DNA of 64,000 nucleotides, from NCBI GenBank assembly GCA_002269645.1, contig NIVC01002959.1, positions 64,512 to 128,511 of the forward strand, written 5' to 3'. Source of the stretch: Macrostomum lignano (taxonomy: Eukaryota). The position numbers were made by a program, and so were the translations under genes. The notes below the pieces were generated by a model, which had not been told where the DNA came from, made no database searches, and saw only the letters and a program-made list of their open reading frames with translations. Every line of letters starts with the position of its first letter. Positions within the stretch are counted from its first letter, which is position 1. Positions 9,460 to 21,701 of this stretch are shown here, one piece after another.

Positions 9460-10151
9460 AAAGACTAGAGAGCGACCGATTAGCTGAGGAGGCGTACGAG
9501 AGAGAACAGGCGAGGAGGGATGAGGAGCACGTCAAGATGGAGGCAAGTGAGGAGGCCTCAGACGATGAGCAGGACGAAGAGATGAACGAGGCGAGTGAGA
9601 CACTGCCGGAGGAGTACGAGGTCGAGAAGGTCTTAGGAGTACGAGTCACGGAGCGAGGAGCGGAGTATCTGCTGCAGTGGGCCGGTGTAGAGGAGCTTGA
9701 GACGTCATGGGAAGCGGAGGAAGATTGTGCCGGATGTAGAAACCTGATTGAAGAATACCTGCAGAGAGCGTACCGGCTTCAGACAAGACCGTGCCGACCA
9801 GTGACCGTCGCGGAACTCGAGAACGTAGGACCCAGTCGGAAGAAACTGCATCAGGCAATGCGGAAGGGCGACTCGTGGGGCATCTTTGAGGTGCTGCTAG
9901 CCCTGAAGGGGAAGTGCGCCACTGCCTTGGTGGATTTCAAGGAATTCGGTCCGGAGTTGATGCTGCAGATCCTGGGCTACTTGGAGCGAGACGGTCGCAA
10001 GTATCCGGGGCACGGAGTTCGTCGGTGGAGTCGCCAAGCGTGTCAAGCTGTCTACATGTCGGTGATGGTGGTGTTCCCGCTGTTCGACCTGCGACGCCAG
10101 GGTTTGGTCCTGGGTGCCCTCCGTAGGCTGTGGGATTCGTGCTCTGACTGA
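9426..10151 (+). CDS. ORF3 C-part: acidic helical linker, chromodomain and unassigned C-terminal domain
   Basis: Frame is open from 9426 (DLREEIERLESDRLAEEAYEREQARRDEEHVKMEAS...). Chromodomain EEYEVEKVL...EYLLQWAG...TSWEAEEDCAGCRNLIEEY at about 9609-9760. Joins the J domain if one base is restored at about 9440. Confidence 0.9.
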   Translation, partial: RHARRDLREEIERLESDRLAEEAYEREQARRDEEHVKMEASEEASDDEQDEEMNEASETLPEEYEVEKVLGVRVTERGAEYLLQWAGVEELETSWEAEEDCAGCRNLIEEYLQRAYRLQTRPCRPVTVAELENVGPSRKKLHQAMRKGDSWGIFEVLLALKGKCATALVDFKEFGPELMLQILGYLERDGRKYPGHGVRRWSRQACQAVYMSVMVVFPLFDLRRQGLVLGALRRLWDSCSD

Positions 10152-10713
10152 GGCTATGTCTTCCTAGGGACTTTGGGGCTAGGGACTTTGCAGTGCAGAC
10201 CCAGGGACAGCGGAGCGGAGGTGGACCGGCCTTAACGGGTGCTGACGGAGCGACACGGCTGTGCAGCAACCGCAGGACTCGACGACCAGCGCAGAGCGAC
10301 CAGAGCAACCGGCGACAGTAGCGACAGGGAGACGAGGCACCAGAGCGACGGCCGTACTCGGCGGGATGCAGGGAAGCAGTGCTAGTATTACTTGTGAGAG
10401 TAAATGTTTGACGGTTTCATTTTTTTGTTTTTTTGTTAACATTTAGCGTTTTTTTCGAACTTCAGCGTTTTTGTTAAAGTGAGTTTTTCCCAAAATTTGC
10501 GTTTTGCTTCCCAATGATGCGTACTCACTATCCTATGTTGAAGGTTTCTTCGTCATTTTTAAACGGTATAATCACTGCGGTTTTGTTTTTTGTTCGAACT
10601 AGTTGCCATGCGAGTCCAAAATATTTTTCAAATGCGGTTTGTTCCTCTGTTCAATTTTTTTGTTATAGTAGCATCATTTCAATATTCGACTTTTCGAACT
10701 CGAACTTTTGTCT

Positions 10714-10725
10714 AGGGGGAGGGAG
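10714..10725 (+). promoter_or_regulatory. Polypurine tract
   Basis: AGGGGGAGGGAG immediately 5' of the 3' LTR. Confidence 0.9.
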
Positions 10726-11559
10726 TGTCATGAATGTGTTATGACAGTGTGCTCTTTGCTAAGTTGCTGCACCGGGCCAGTGGGCCGTCCTCTCCCCCTC
10801 CCCCTCCTTAGATATTTTCTGACTCACCCACCTGCACTTCTGCGCGTGCGTACCCCTCCCCTCCCTGCCTAGACCTTTTCTGTTGAGTCAACCCCCCATG
10901 CTCTGCGTGCGACCCCCCCCCTGTGCGACCCCGCCCCATTATTTTGTTAGCTTTGCTGCCCCGCCCCTGTTTGTGATTGGCTGCCAGTCCCAGTCTGCCG
11001 TGCTGCGCCCCGGCGATTGGCTGGTACAGCTCATGCGTTGCCTTGGCTGATGTCTAAGCCCCCTTTTCTGCCTTTATCCCGCGCCCTCAACCCCCAGTTT
11101 GCTGCCTATTTATTCAGAGCCCCGTGAGACCCCATTCTCGTTGTCTTCGTGGCTCCTCGGCGATTGTGCCAGCGTTGGTTGCGGAATTGCTATTCCTCGC
11201 CGAATTGCTAGACAAATATATAAGTAAAGAATATCGAGATCACCACTGCTCTGACGGCGCTGTTTCTTGTACGACTGAAATCGCGGCTGGTAAGCCTTCC
11301 AATTTGCACGTCATTTGGGTCTGCATCTGTACTAGGCACCTTAGAGGGATTAACTGCGTCGTACGCCGGTCCCACCCCAAGCAGCTCTGCGTCGTACGCA
11401 AGTCGGTAGGCTGTCGTGCGTCGTACGCTCGAACAGCCTAGTCCCGACGGACACCGCGTCGTACGCGTGTCAGTGGAGGACCGTAGCCAGGGTCAGTACA
11501 CGAACCCGAGTCTGGGAAAGGGGCACGAAAGGACCGAGCCCTTGAGCCCCATCATCACA
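10726..11559 (+). repeat. 3' LTR (834 bp)
   Basis: Copy of 2917-3751, followed by the TSD AATG. Confidence 0.97.
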
Positions 11560-12783
11560 AATGACTGAATATATATCTATATTTTTTTAACATCCTCTTC
11601 TCCATCACACTGGGATGATAATTATGATTGCAAAAGTGAAAGTGATAAATGCGCAGTCACGACAAACCGTTAATTGCATTGTTGCTCAAAGCTTCTCGGG
11701 CTGCGTCATGCGAGTCGCTAGTGCAGGTCCCACCTCACCTGAGCACAGGATGCGGGGCGCATGCACCAGGATTTTTCAGGCGGGATCCCGCTAGATGTCC
11801 TGATTTGCATGCAGACTCATGCGCCACAGCCACTTGGCCCCATATTATAGATGTTCGTGCTTATTTACCTAATGCAACGGGTACAGCCCAGTGTGTACCT
11901 CCTGGCGAATTTTGTGACTAACATCTATAGTATGCCCTGCTCACAGAACCAAATCCCAAGGTATTAGTGACACCTGGACCTATCGTTACAATCAATCAAA
12001 ACACACAAGATTTCCTTAATTATAGAAAAAGTGTCAACGCTCAAGCGTCAACTGAGATTTTGATGATTTCAATATCTATGCAGACTCCTTGGCCTTGCCG
12101 ACAAAGCATCATTGGGAGTTCGAATACCTGGACAGACGGGTACTGAGGCAAAACACCGCGAATCCCCACAAGTTTTATGGGGCTCCCTGCGCAATGCGGC
12201 CAGCCCAAAATGTCAAACTGCTTCCCCGTCTCTAAGGAGCTCTGCTCCCAAGCAGACGCTCGAATCAAATCAAGGAGAAACGGCCGCCGTCCACGGCCAC
12301 GTGTCGCCTCTCGGACTCGACCCCGACTCGTCCGTCAAGAGCTGAGGAAATTTATCGAGAATTGAATAGAAATGCCTGCGTTATGATTATTATTATTGGG
12401 TGCTTGATGGGGAACTCCTGACTGAGATTTACGACCTGTTCCTGAGCTCTGTTTCTCAGCGTTGGCAATGCCGTCCTTCATTAAGGCTCCCCCTGCGTCC
12501 GGCACTGCACCACATCAACCCAACTGCTTTTTTGGTTTTGGCGCCAGCGGGATCTTATTGGAGTCGAGGAGGCTGCAGTTGAGCAATGAGGTGTGTAGGT
12601 TGTTGCCAGGCGGATGCCAGGTTGACTGAAGGCCGTTCGCTGGAATGAAAGAGAGGTTGAAGCGGCAGCTTTTGACGCTTGAGAGTAAAGTGACTGCCTT
12701 CTGGCCGGATCAGGGCAATATGGGGACCCAGGGGAGATTGATAGATCAGAGTTGAGATCGCCAGGTGCTGCTGGTGAGGCACC

Positions 12784-13114
<331 letters not shown>

Positions 13115-13946
13115 TAATTGCCTTTCTACCTTCCAATTGGATGCATAGATCTAGTTAAGCAAGTCGGGCATAAACTGTCTATTTCAGAAGCCCAAAGCAA
13201 GGCTCTGTCTCAGACAAAAGGCCTGCCTATGCAGGACCGACCCCAGCAAATTAAGTTTGGCCGTCCCTCAAGTTTCGACCTCCATCCAAAGGAAGAAGTT
13301 TTTGGCAATAATAATCAAAAGAGTTCGCCAGCAAGTCATGTGTTAAGCGATGTCCCTTCCTTCTCTTCTCTGTCTGTCTCTGCTCCATCTCCTAAATGAG
13401 GCAGAGAAGCTGCAGTTTGGCAATTTGTTTAAATCAGCCAAGTCAAGTGGCTGGGAGGGTCACCCAGAGCCACAAGCCAAATATGGGTGGGGCTTTCGAG
13501 AGCTGCCCAACTTCAAGTGCTGGTTGGGTGTTTGGGGAGGAGTGACGAGCCTCGGTCATCTTTAATCCCCTGGACATTTCCTCATGGCTTGATTCTAGGA
13601 AATTTTCCTTTCAATTATTTTATTTTTCTCTCTCTCGGAGGAGCCCGCAATTCCGTCCGTGCCGCGGAAGACAGGATGTTCGCTGCTCAGCTACAGCTCA
13701 AAATTGCCGGCACCAGAAATTGGTTTCAAAAATTTTATCAAATAAATAAAAAAAAATTTTCTCGTTTTCTTTTCTCGCTCATCCTTATCTCGGCTGGTGC
13801 AGGCGGTGAGAATGCAAATTTGTGTTTCTTTAACATTGCCTGCTGCATCAGGTTTGAGGCCTCTGCTTTTATTATTAGCTGAATACGACTGGGAGAAGCA
13901 GAGATGAGCAGAGCTCTTCTGCATCGTTTGTGTGTGTGTTTTTGGA

Positions 13947-14411
13947 GCTTAATGAGGCGCTTTATGAGAGGCGCTTAATAAAGGGCGCTTAATGAAGGGT
14001 GCTTAATGAGGGGCGCTTTATGTGAGGCGCTTAACGAGAGGCGCTTAATGAAGGGCGCTTAATGAGAGGCGCTTGTTAAAGAGCGCTTGATGAGGGGCGC
14101 TTAATGAGGGGCGCTTAATGAGGGGCGCTTAATGAGGGGCGCTTAATGAGGGGCGCTTAATGAGGGGCGCTTAATGAGGGGCGCTTAATGAGGGGCGCTT
14201 AATGAGGGGCGCTTAATGAGGGGCGCTTAATGAGGGGCGCTTAATGAGGGGCGCTTAATGAGGGGCAGTTAATGAGGGGCGCTTGTTAAAGAGCGCTTGA
14301 TGAGGGGCGCTTGCTGAAGAACGCTTGATGAAGAGTGCTCGATGAGGGGCGCTTAATAAGGGGCGCTTAATGAGAGGCGCTTAATGAGATTCGCTTAATG
14401 AGAGGCGCTTA
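13947..14411. repeat. 14-bp minisatellite GAGGGGCGCTTAAT
   Basis: Tandem copies with a homogeneous core and degenerate edges. Confidence 0.95.
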
Positions 14412-15032
14412 CTTTTCGGTCGCCGCATCCCAGGGTGTTGCTTTGACTAACAAGTGGCGATTCTAGAAGGGAGGACAAGTGGCGTAAGGTTTTCTAGTTT
14501 GTGCATTTTCATTTTGCTTTATCTAGGGAGCAATGCCTCCTATAACTGGAAGCATGCAGGGTGTATTTAGCATTTGCCAGTTAATTCACTAATGCAGCGA
14601 ATGTGCATGCAGTTGCTATTTATTTTAGCCACTCAGCGTGAGTAGTACATGCATGTCGTTTCTGCCGGGAAGGCGCGCTTATAGACAGCTTTACTCACTC
14701 TCGAGCTCCGCCCCACCTCAAGTGCCGCTGATCCAGCAGCGGTCTGCTCAAATGATGGCTACTCATAATTCTGCCCATCTGCTAGCCTATGGCTGAGAAG
14801 AGAGATGGAAGAAGGCAGTGGGCTGCTGACAGGCAAATCCCGACTCCCACTCCGCATCAGCTTTTAGAGAAGCATCTCTATCCGAATTTTCTGGCTAGAT
14901 GCAGCAAATCCACTGATTAAGCAATGGAATTTTTATCGAATCCCAGCTAAAATATGAAATTATGGGATTACCAGGGTATAGCTGGTCTGTTGAAATTGGC
15001 GTTAGCATCCCCAGCCAGTTTCCCTAGTGCCA

Positions 15033-16055
15033 TTTCTAGGAAACTATTCTTGGTTTCTAGGAAACTGTTTCCTGAGGGAAATTTCTAGGAAACTGTTTCC
15101 TGAGGGACATTTCTAGGAAACTGTTTCCTGAGGGAAATTTCTAGGAAACGGTTTCCTGAGGAATACTTCTAGGAAACTGTTTCCTGAGAGACATTTCTAG
15201 GAAACTGTTCTTGGTTTCCAGGAAACTGTTTCCTGAGGGACATTTCTAGGAAGCTGTTCTTGCTTTCTAGGAAACTGTTTCATGAGGGACATTCCTAGGA
15301 AACGGTTTCCTGAGGGATACTTCTAGGAAACTCTTTCCTGAGAGACATTTCTAGGAAACTCTTTTCTGAGGGACATTTCTAGGAAAATTTTCCCTGAGGG
15401 CCATTTCTTAGAAACAGTTTTTGGTTTCTAGGAAACTCTTTCCTGAGGGCCATTTCTTAGAAACAGTTTTTGGTTTCTAGGAAACTCTTTCCTGAGGGCC
15501 ATTTCTTAGAAACAGTTTTTGGTTTCTAGGAAACTGTTTCCAGAAAGGTAATTTTTGTGAACTGTTTATTGGTTTTAGGAAAATATTTGCTGGTTCTTAG
15601 GAAACTATTGTCTATTTTCTAGGAAACTGTTTCTCGATTTCTAGGAAACTGTTTCTTGGTTTCTAGTGAAATTTTTTTAGCTTCTAAGAAACTGTTTTAC
15701 TTTTTAGGAAACTGTTTCTTTTTTTCTTGAAAGTGTTTCTTTATTTCTAAAAAAGTGTTTCTTGGTTTCTAGGAAACTGTGCCTCGGTTTCAGGGAAACT
15801 GTTTCTTTGTTTCTTGTAGCTGTTTTGTGTTTTCTAAGAAACTATTTATTGGTTTCTAGGAAACTGTTTCTAGGTTTCTAGTATTCTAGGTAATTGTTTC
15901 TTGGTTTCAAGGAAACTGTTTCTTGGTTTCTTGGAAACTGCTTCTTAGTTTCTAGGAAACTGTTTCTTGATTTCTAGGAAATGGTTTCTTGGTTTCTAGG
16001 AAACTGTTTCCTCAGTGATATTTATAGGAAACTTATTCTTGGTTTCTTGGAAACT
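15033..16055. repeat. TTCTAGGAAACTGTTTC(TTGGT/CTGAGG) minisatellite, left arm of an inverted pair
   Basis: Degenerate 22-30-bp units. Confidence 0.9.
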
Positions 16056-16699
16056 AAAGTTCCTGCAGTTGAATTGTGTTGCTTCGTGCGCCCAAATATC
16101 ATGAGAGTGAGCATACCCCTTAATTGTATCTTCAAAATCAGCTCCCCAAACCGCCTATAAGCAAAACTGTAAGACAGCAGTCTGAACTTGTTAATACTCA
16201 GTAAATCCAGCTTGAGCTCCACTTCCAGACCACAGCCAGGCCCAGAGACCATAAAACAAACAGAGCTCAAGGAGCTGCAGCCATCATAGGAGATCTGGTA
16301 GTTCAGAATTAACTGTTGCTCTAGCGTCATAAAAACAAGTCTGAAACAGTTTCACCCAAGCCTGATCCTCAAGGATTATCTCTCCAGCACAGACGGGGAG
16401 CAAACAGCAAAAATGATTGAACTCATATCTGCTCAAATTTTGGAAGAATTATCATTATTCTTCTTGAGGCAGAAATATTATATGGCCTCTGTAAAATTTT
16501 ACAACTGGCTGTCTGGCTTGCACACTCCTGCCAATTCCTGGCACACTCCTGTAAATTTATAGAGAGTCTGGGCATTCTGTTCAGAATCCATCTTCATCGT
16601 TGCAGACGAAATATTGGGGGAGGGTTAGTATCGAAACTCAGTACCACATCTGTTGCTATTGTTCATAATTTTCCAATGCTCCGCGGTTAGGGGGTACAA

Positions 16700-17520
16700 T
16701 TTTCTAGAAAGCACAAAGCCGTTTCCTAGAAACCAAGCAACCGTTTCCTAGAAATCAAGAAACTGTTTCGTAAAAACCAAGAAGCTGTTTCGTAGAAATA
16801 ATAAAACCGTTTCCTAGAAACCAAGAAACCGTTTCCTAGAAACCAAGAAACCTTTTCCTAGAAATCAAGAAACTGTTTCGTAAAAACCAAGAAGCTGTTT
16901 CGTAGAAATAATAAAACCGTTTCCTAGAAACCAAGAAACCGTTTCCTAGAAACCAAGAAGCCGTTTCCTATAAATCAAGAAACCGTTTCCTAGAAATCAA
17001 GCAACCACTCATTAGAAATCAAGAAACCGTTTCCTAGAAACCAAGAAACCGTTTCCTAGAAACCAAGAAACCGTTTCCTAGAAACCAAGAAACCGTCTCC
17101 TAAAAACCTAGAATCCGTTTCCTAGAAACCAAGAAACTGTTTCCTAAAAACCTAAAAACCGTTTCCTAGAAACCAAGAAACCGTTTCATAGAAACCAAGG
17201 AACCGTTTCCTAGAAACCAAGAAACCGTCTCCTAAAAACCTAGAATCCGTTTCCTAGAAACCAAGAAACTGTTTCCTAAAAACCTAAAAACCGTTTCCTA
17301 GAAACCAAGAAACCGTTTCATAGAAACCAAGGAACCGTTTCCTAGAAACCAAGAAACCGTTTCCTAAGAAACCAAAAAAACCGTTTCCTAGAAACCAAGA
17401 AACTGTTTCCTAAAAACCTAGAAACCGTTTCCTAGAAACCAAGAAATCGTTTCCTAGAAACCAAGAAACTGTTTCCTAGAAACCTAGAAACCGTTTCCTA
17501 GAAACTATGAAACATTTTCC
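16700..17520. repeat. AACCAAGAAACCGTTTCCTAGA 22-bp minisatellite, right arm (reverse complement of 15033-16055)
   Basis: The unit is the reverse complement of the left array. Confidence 0.9.
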
Positions 17521-17916
17521 AATAAGCCAAGCACTTTTTTAACGTGATAAATAGCGCTTGCTTCTTATTGAATTTAGAAATCCTTGCCGTATGCTCCATC
17601 TATATTGAGACACAATAAAAACTGAGTCGAGCCTCAGAACCCTGCTGAGTTAATTATCATATTCTCACACTCGGTAATGATTTCGGCAATAAAAAAACCT
17701 CCGGCTGACCTTCTGCCCGACTGTCTCCGAAAACTCGGACAAATTTTTGTGTAAAAAAATATAACTTAGCAAAATATGTGTATATTTATTTTTTTCTGCG
17801 AAGCTCCATAAGACTTAAAGACCCAAGGGACTCATGGACTCATGGACTTCTCTGAGAGACCTGGAATGGAAAGCCAGGGAAATGATACCCTCAGAAGAGA
17901 GACGGAACATGTGGAC

Positions 17917-18043
17917 AGGGGCGTCGCCTCCGAGGGGGGGGGACATGCCCCCCCCCCTCAGTTAAAGCTATGGGGGCATGCCAAATGCTTTGTCCCCCCA
18001 ACTTTGTGACCCGTTATGGAAATCAATAATTTTGCTCCAGGGT
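17917..18043 (+). mobile_element. Possible terminus of a non-autonomous DNA element (G-run/C-run hairpin) preceding a minisatellite
   Basis: CAGGGGCGTCGCC followed by the hairpin GAG9-ACATG-C10TC; no matching second terminus was found. Confidence 0.3.
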
Positions 18044-19113
18044 GAGTGCCTGCCTGCGGCGCCAAAATGAGTGCCTGCCTGCGGCGCCAAAATGAGTGCC
18101 TGCCTGCGGCGCCAAAATGAGTGCCTGCCTGCGGCGCCAAAATGATTGCCTGCCTGCGGCGCCAAAATGAGTGCCTGCGGCGCCAAAATGAGTACCTGCC
18201 TGCGGCGCCAAGATGAGTGCCTGCGGTGCCTAAATGAGTCCCTGCGGCGCCAAAATGAGTGCCTGCGGCGCCAAAATGAGTGCCTGCGGCGCCAAAATGA
18301 GTGCCTGCGGCGCCAAAATGAGTGCCTGCGGCGCCAAAATGAGTGCCTGCGGCGCCAAAATGAGTGCCTGCGGCGCCAAAATGAGTGCCTGCCTGCGGCG
18401 CCAAAATGAGTGCCTGCGACGCCAAAATGAGTGCCTATGGCGCCAAAAGAGTGCCTGCGACGCCAAAATGAGTGCCTATGGCGCCAAAATAAGTGCCATG
18501 GCGCCAAGATGAGTGCCTACGGCGCCAAAATGAGTGCCTGCGGCGCCAAAAGAGTGCCTGCGGCGCCAAAAGAGTGCCTACGGCGCCAAAATGAGTGCCT
18601 GCGGCGCCAAAAGAGTGCCTGCGGCGCCTAAATGAGTGCCTGCGGCGCCAAGATGAGTGCCTGCGGCGCCAAAAGAGTGCCTGCGGCGCCAAAAGAGTGC
18701 CTACGGCGCCAAAATGAGTGCCTGCGGCGCCAAAAGAGTGCCTGCGGCGCCTAAATGAGTGCCTGCGGCGCCAAGATGAGTGCCTGCGGTGCCTAAATGA
18801 GTGCCTGCGGCGCCAAAAGAGTGCCTGCGGCGCCTAAATGAGTGCCTGCGGCGCCAAGATGAGTGCCTGCGGCGCCAAAAGAGTGCCTGCGGCGCCAAGA
18901 CGAGTGCCTATGGCGCCAAAAGAGTGCCTATGGCGCCAAAAGAGTGCCTGCGGCGCCAAAATGAGTGCCTATGGCGCCAAAAGAGTGCCTGCGGCGCCAA
19001 AATGAGTGCCTATGGCGCCAAAATAAGTGCCATGGCGCTAAGATGAGTGCCTGCGGCGCCAAAATGAGTGCCTATGGCGCCAAAATGAGTGCCTGCGGTG
19101 CCTAAATGAGTGC
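18044..19113. repeat. 21-bp minisatellite GAGTGCCTGCGGCGCCAAAAT (20/25-bp variants)
   Basis: About 50 tandem copies; same family as 51881-52345. Confidence 0.95.
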
Positions 19114-19576
19114 TCTCTGAGTCAACCAGAGAGCTGGGCTGCTCTCTACTCAATGCCTTCTACTCAATACAATGGTGGAATTATTCTGCGAAACAAATTG
19201 CCGGGTTGCAAATGAATTCTAAGAAAATTCGAATTCAAATTCCTAGAAAAGCGAATAATGATTGCCTCACAGCGAATGTCAGGGGGGGGGGTGGGTTATC
19301 TCCTGGTTCGATCAACTCCCGCGAGGCTCTTAGAGGTTTTGCTGTTGGGGAAGGGGAGGAATTCTTATCTAGAAAATTTTATCTCCTTGCTGACACAAAC
19401 TGAATCGAAAGCTAAAATTGCCTATTAATTCCCTCCCAGCCCAGATGAAGGCGGAGGCGTGATGCAGATGGCGGGAGCTGGGCCGCGGCTGAGGCTTGAG
19501 CTCGGGGCAACAATTTGCACCCAGCTGCTGTTCTGTTGAGTAACTGGGAAATTGGGATGGGAGCTGAGGACTGAGG

Positions 19577-20606
19577 CAGAGGGGGAGAGAAAAGAGAGAT
19601 AATAGGAGGACAGAGGAGAGACGAAAGAGAAGAAATGAGAGACAAGAGATGATAGACGAGAGACGAGAGATGAGAGATGAGAGATGAGAGATGAGAGAGG
19701 AGAGGAGAGAAGAGAGAGAAAAGAGAAGAGAGGAGAGAGGAGAGAGTAGAGAGGGGAGAGGAGAGAGAAGAGAGAAGAGAGAAGAGATGAGAGACGAGAG
19801 ATGAGCGATGAGAGAGGAGAGGAGAGAGAAGAGGAGATGAGAGACGAGAGATGAGAGACAAGAGACGGGAGATGAGAGACAAAAGCCGAAAGATGAAAGA
19901 CGAGCGATTAGAGAGGAGAGAGAAGAGAAGAGTAGAAAGGAGAGAGGAGAGAGGAGAGAGGAGAGATGAGACACAAGAGACGAAAGATGCAAGACGAGAG
20001 ATGAGAGATGAGAGAGGAGATGAGAGATGAGAGATGAGAGATGAGAGAGGAGAGGAGAGAGGAGAGAGGAGAGAGGAGAGAGGAGAGAGGAGAGAGGAGA
20101 GAGGAGAGAGGAGAGAGGAGAGAGGAGAGATGAGAGACAAGAGATGAAAGATGCAAGACGAGAGATGAGAGAGGAGATGAGAGATGAGAGATGAGAGAGG
20201 AGAAAGGAGAGAGGAGAGAGGAGAGAGGAGAGAGGAGAGAGGAGAGATGAGAGACAAGAGATGAAAGATGCAAGACGAGAGATGAGAGAGGAGATGAGAG
20301 ATGAGAGATGAGAGAGGAGAAAGGAGAGAGGAGAGAGGAGAGAGGAGAGAGGAGAGAGGAGAGAGGAGAGAGGAGAGAGGAGAGAGGAGAGAGGAGAGAG
20401 GAGAGAGGAGAGAGGAGAGAGGGGAGAGGAGAGAGGAGAGAGGAGAGAGAGAGAGAGAGAGAGGAGAGAGGAGAGAGGAGAGAGGAGAAAGGAGAGAGGA
20501 GAGAGGAGAGAGGAGAGAGGAGAGAGGAGAGAGGAGAGAGGAGAGAGGAGAGAGGAGAGAGGAGAGAGGAGAGAGAGAGAGGAGAGAGAGAGAGGAGAGA
20601 GGAGAG
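19577..20606. repeat. GA-rich purine tract (GAGAG GAGAG / GAGAT repeats)
   Basis: About 1 kb of 5-7-bp GA-rich units. Confidence 0.95.
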
Positions 20607-21211
20607 TGTTAGAGAGCCAAATAAAGTATATTAGCAGATGGATTGCAAGGAACGCTCAGCAGAGAGGAGGCGAGATTCACAAAACCATGCAGAGCCGGCA
20701 GGCACAGACGGAGGGCGAGAGAGTCGCAGAATGGCGCTGGAAAAGGACACACTCGCGCGCACAGAAATGGCTGACCCTCAATTCATCCTTCAACACAGAT
20801 GGCCGCAGATCTCTTGACATTGCAGAAGAGAACGCAGACACAGCAGAGTGAAGGAGAGGAAAACGAACGCCACTGCAGACAGAGGGTGACCTCAAGGCTA
20901 TTGAACCCTGAAGCTGCTCCCCGGAAGCAGCTCCCAGCCTCCGTTGCTTTCCGTCAGTGAAAGGAGTTTAGGCGATTGGGTAACTTTTCCCTGTTTTCCT
21001 GCTGACTGCGGCTGCTCAGTCTGATGGATGGCCGGAGCCGGATGTTTTCAGAGGCTCACGGGGCAGCGGCTTCAGATTTCTGAGTGAGATGACAAGCAAT
21101 TGATTGGCGTGGAATTTCAGGATTGCTTAAATAATGGGATTGAAGCTTTATACGCTTGTTATTGTTCAAGATTGCATAATGCATATTTCTATTATAAATC
21201 TTTTCATAGAA

Positions 21212-21701
<490 letters not shown>

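Larger units (their letters stand above)
2917..11559 (+). mobile_element. Full-length Ty3/Gypsy LTR retrotransposon with gag, pol and an extra J-domain/chromodomain ORF3
   Basis: Two LTRs with TG...CA ends; 4-bp TSD AATG (2913-2916 and 11560-11563); PBS after the 5' LTR; PPT before the 3' LTR; pol domain order PR-RT-RH-IN (Gypsy order). Confidence 0.98.

Noticed and set aside
9166-10151. ORF3 as an env gene
   Set aside because: No signal peptide, no evident furin site followed by a fusion peptide, and no clear transmembrane anchor; J-domain and chromodomain motifs are present instead.
11649-12782. Short ORFs 3' of the retrotransposon
   Set aside because: No recognisable domain or convincing splice structure; left unassigned.
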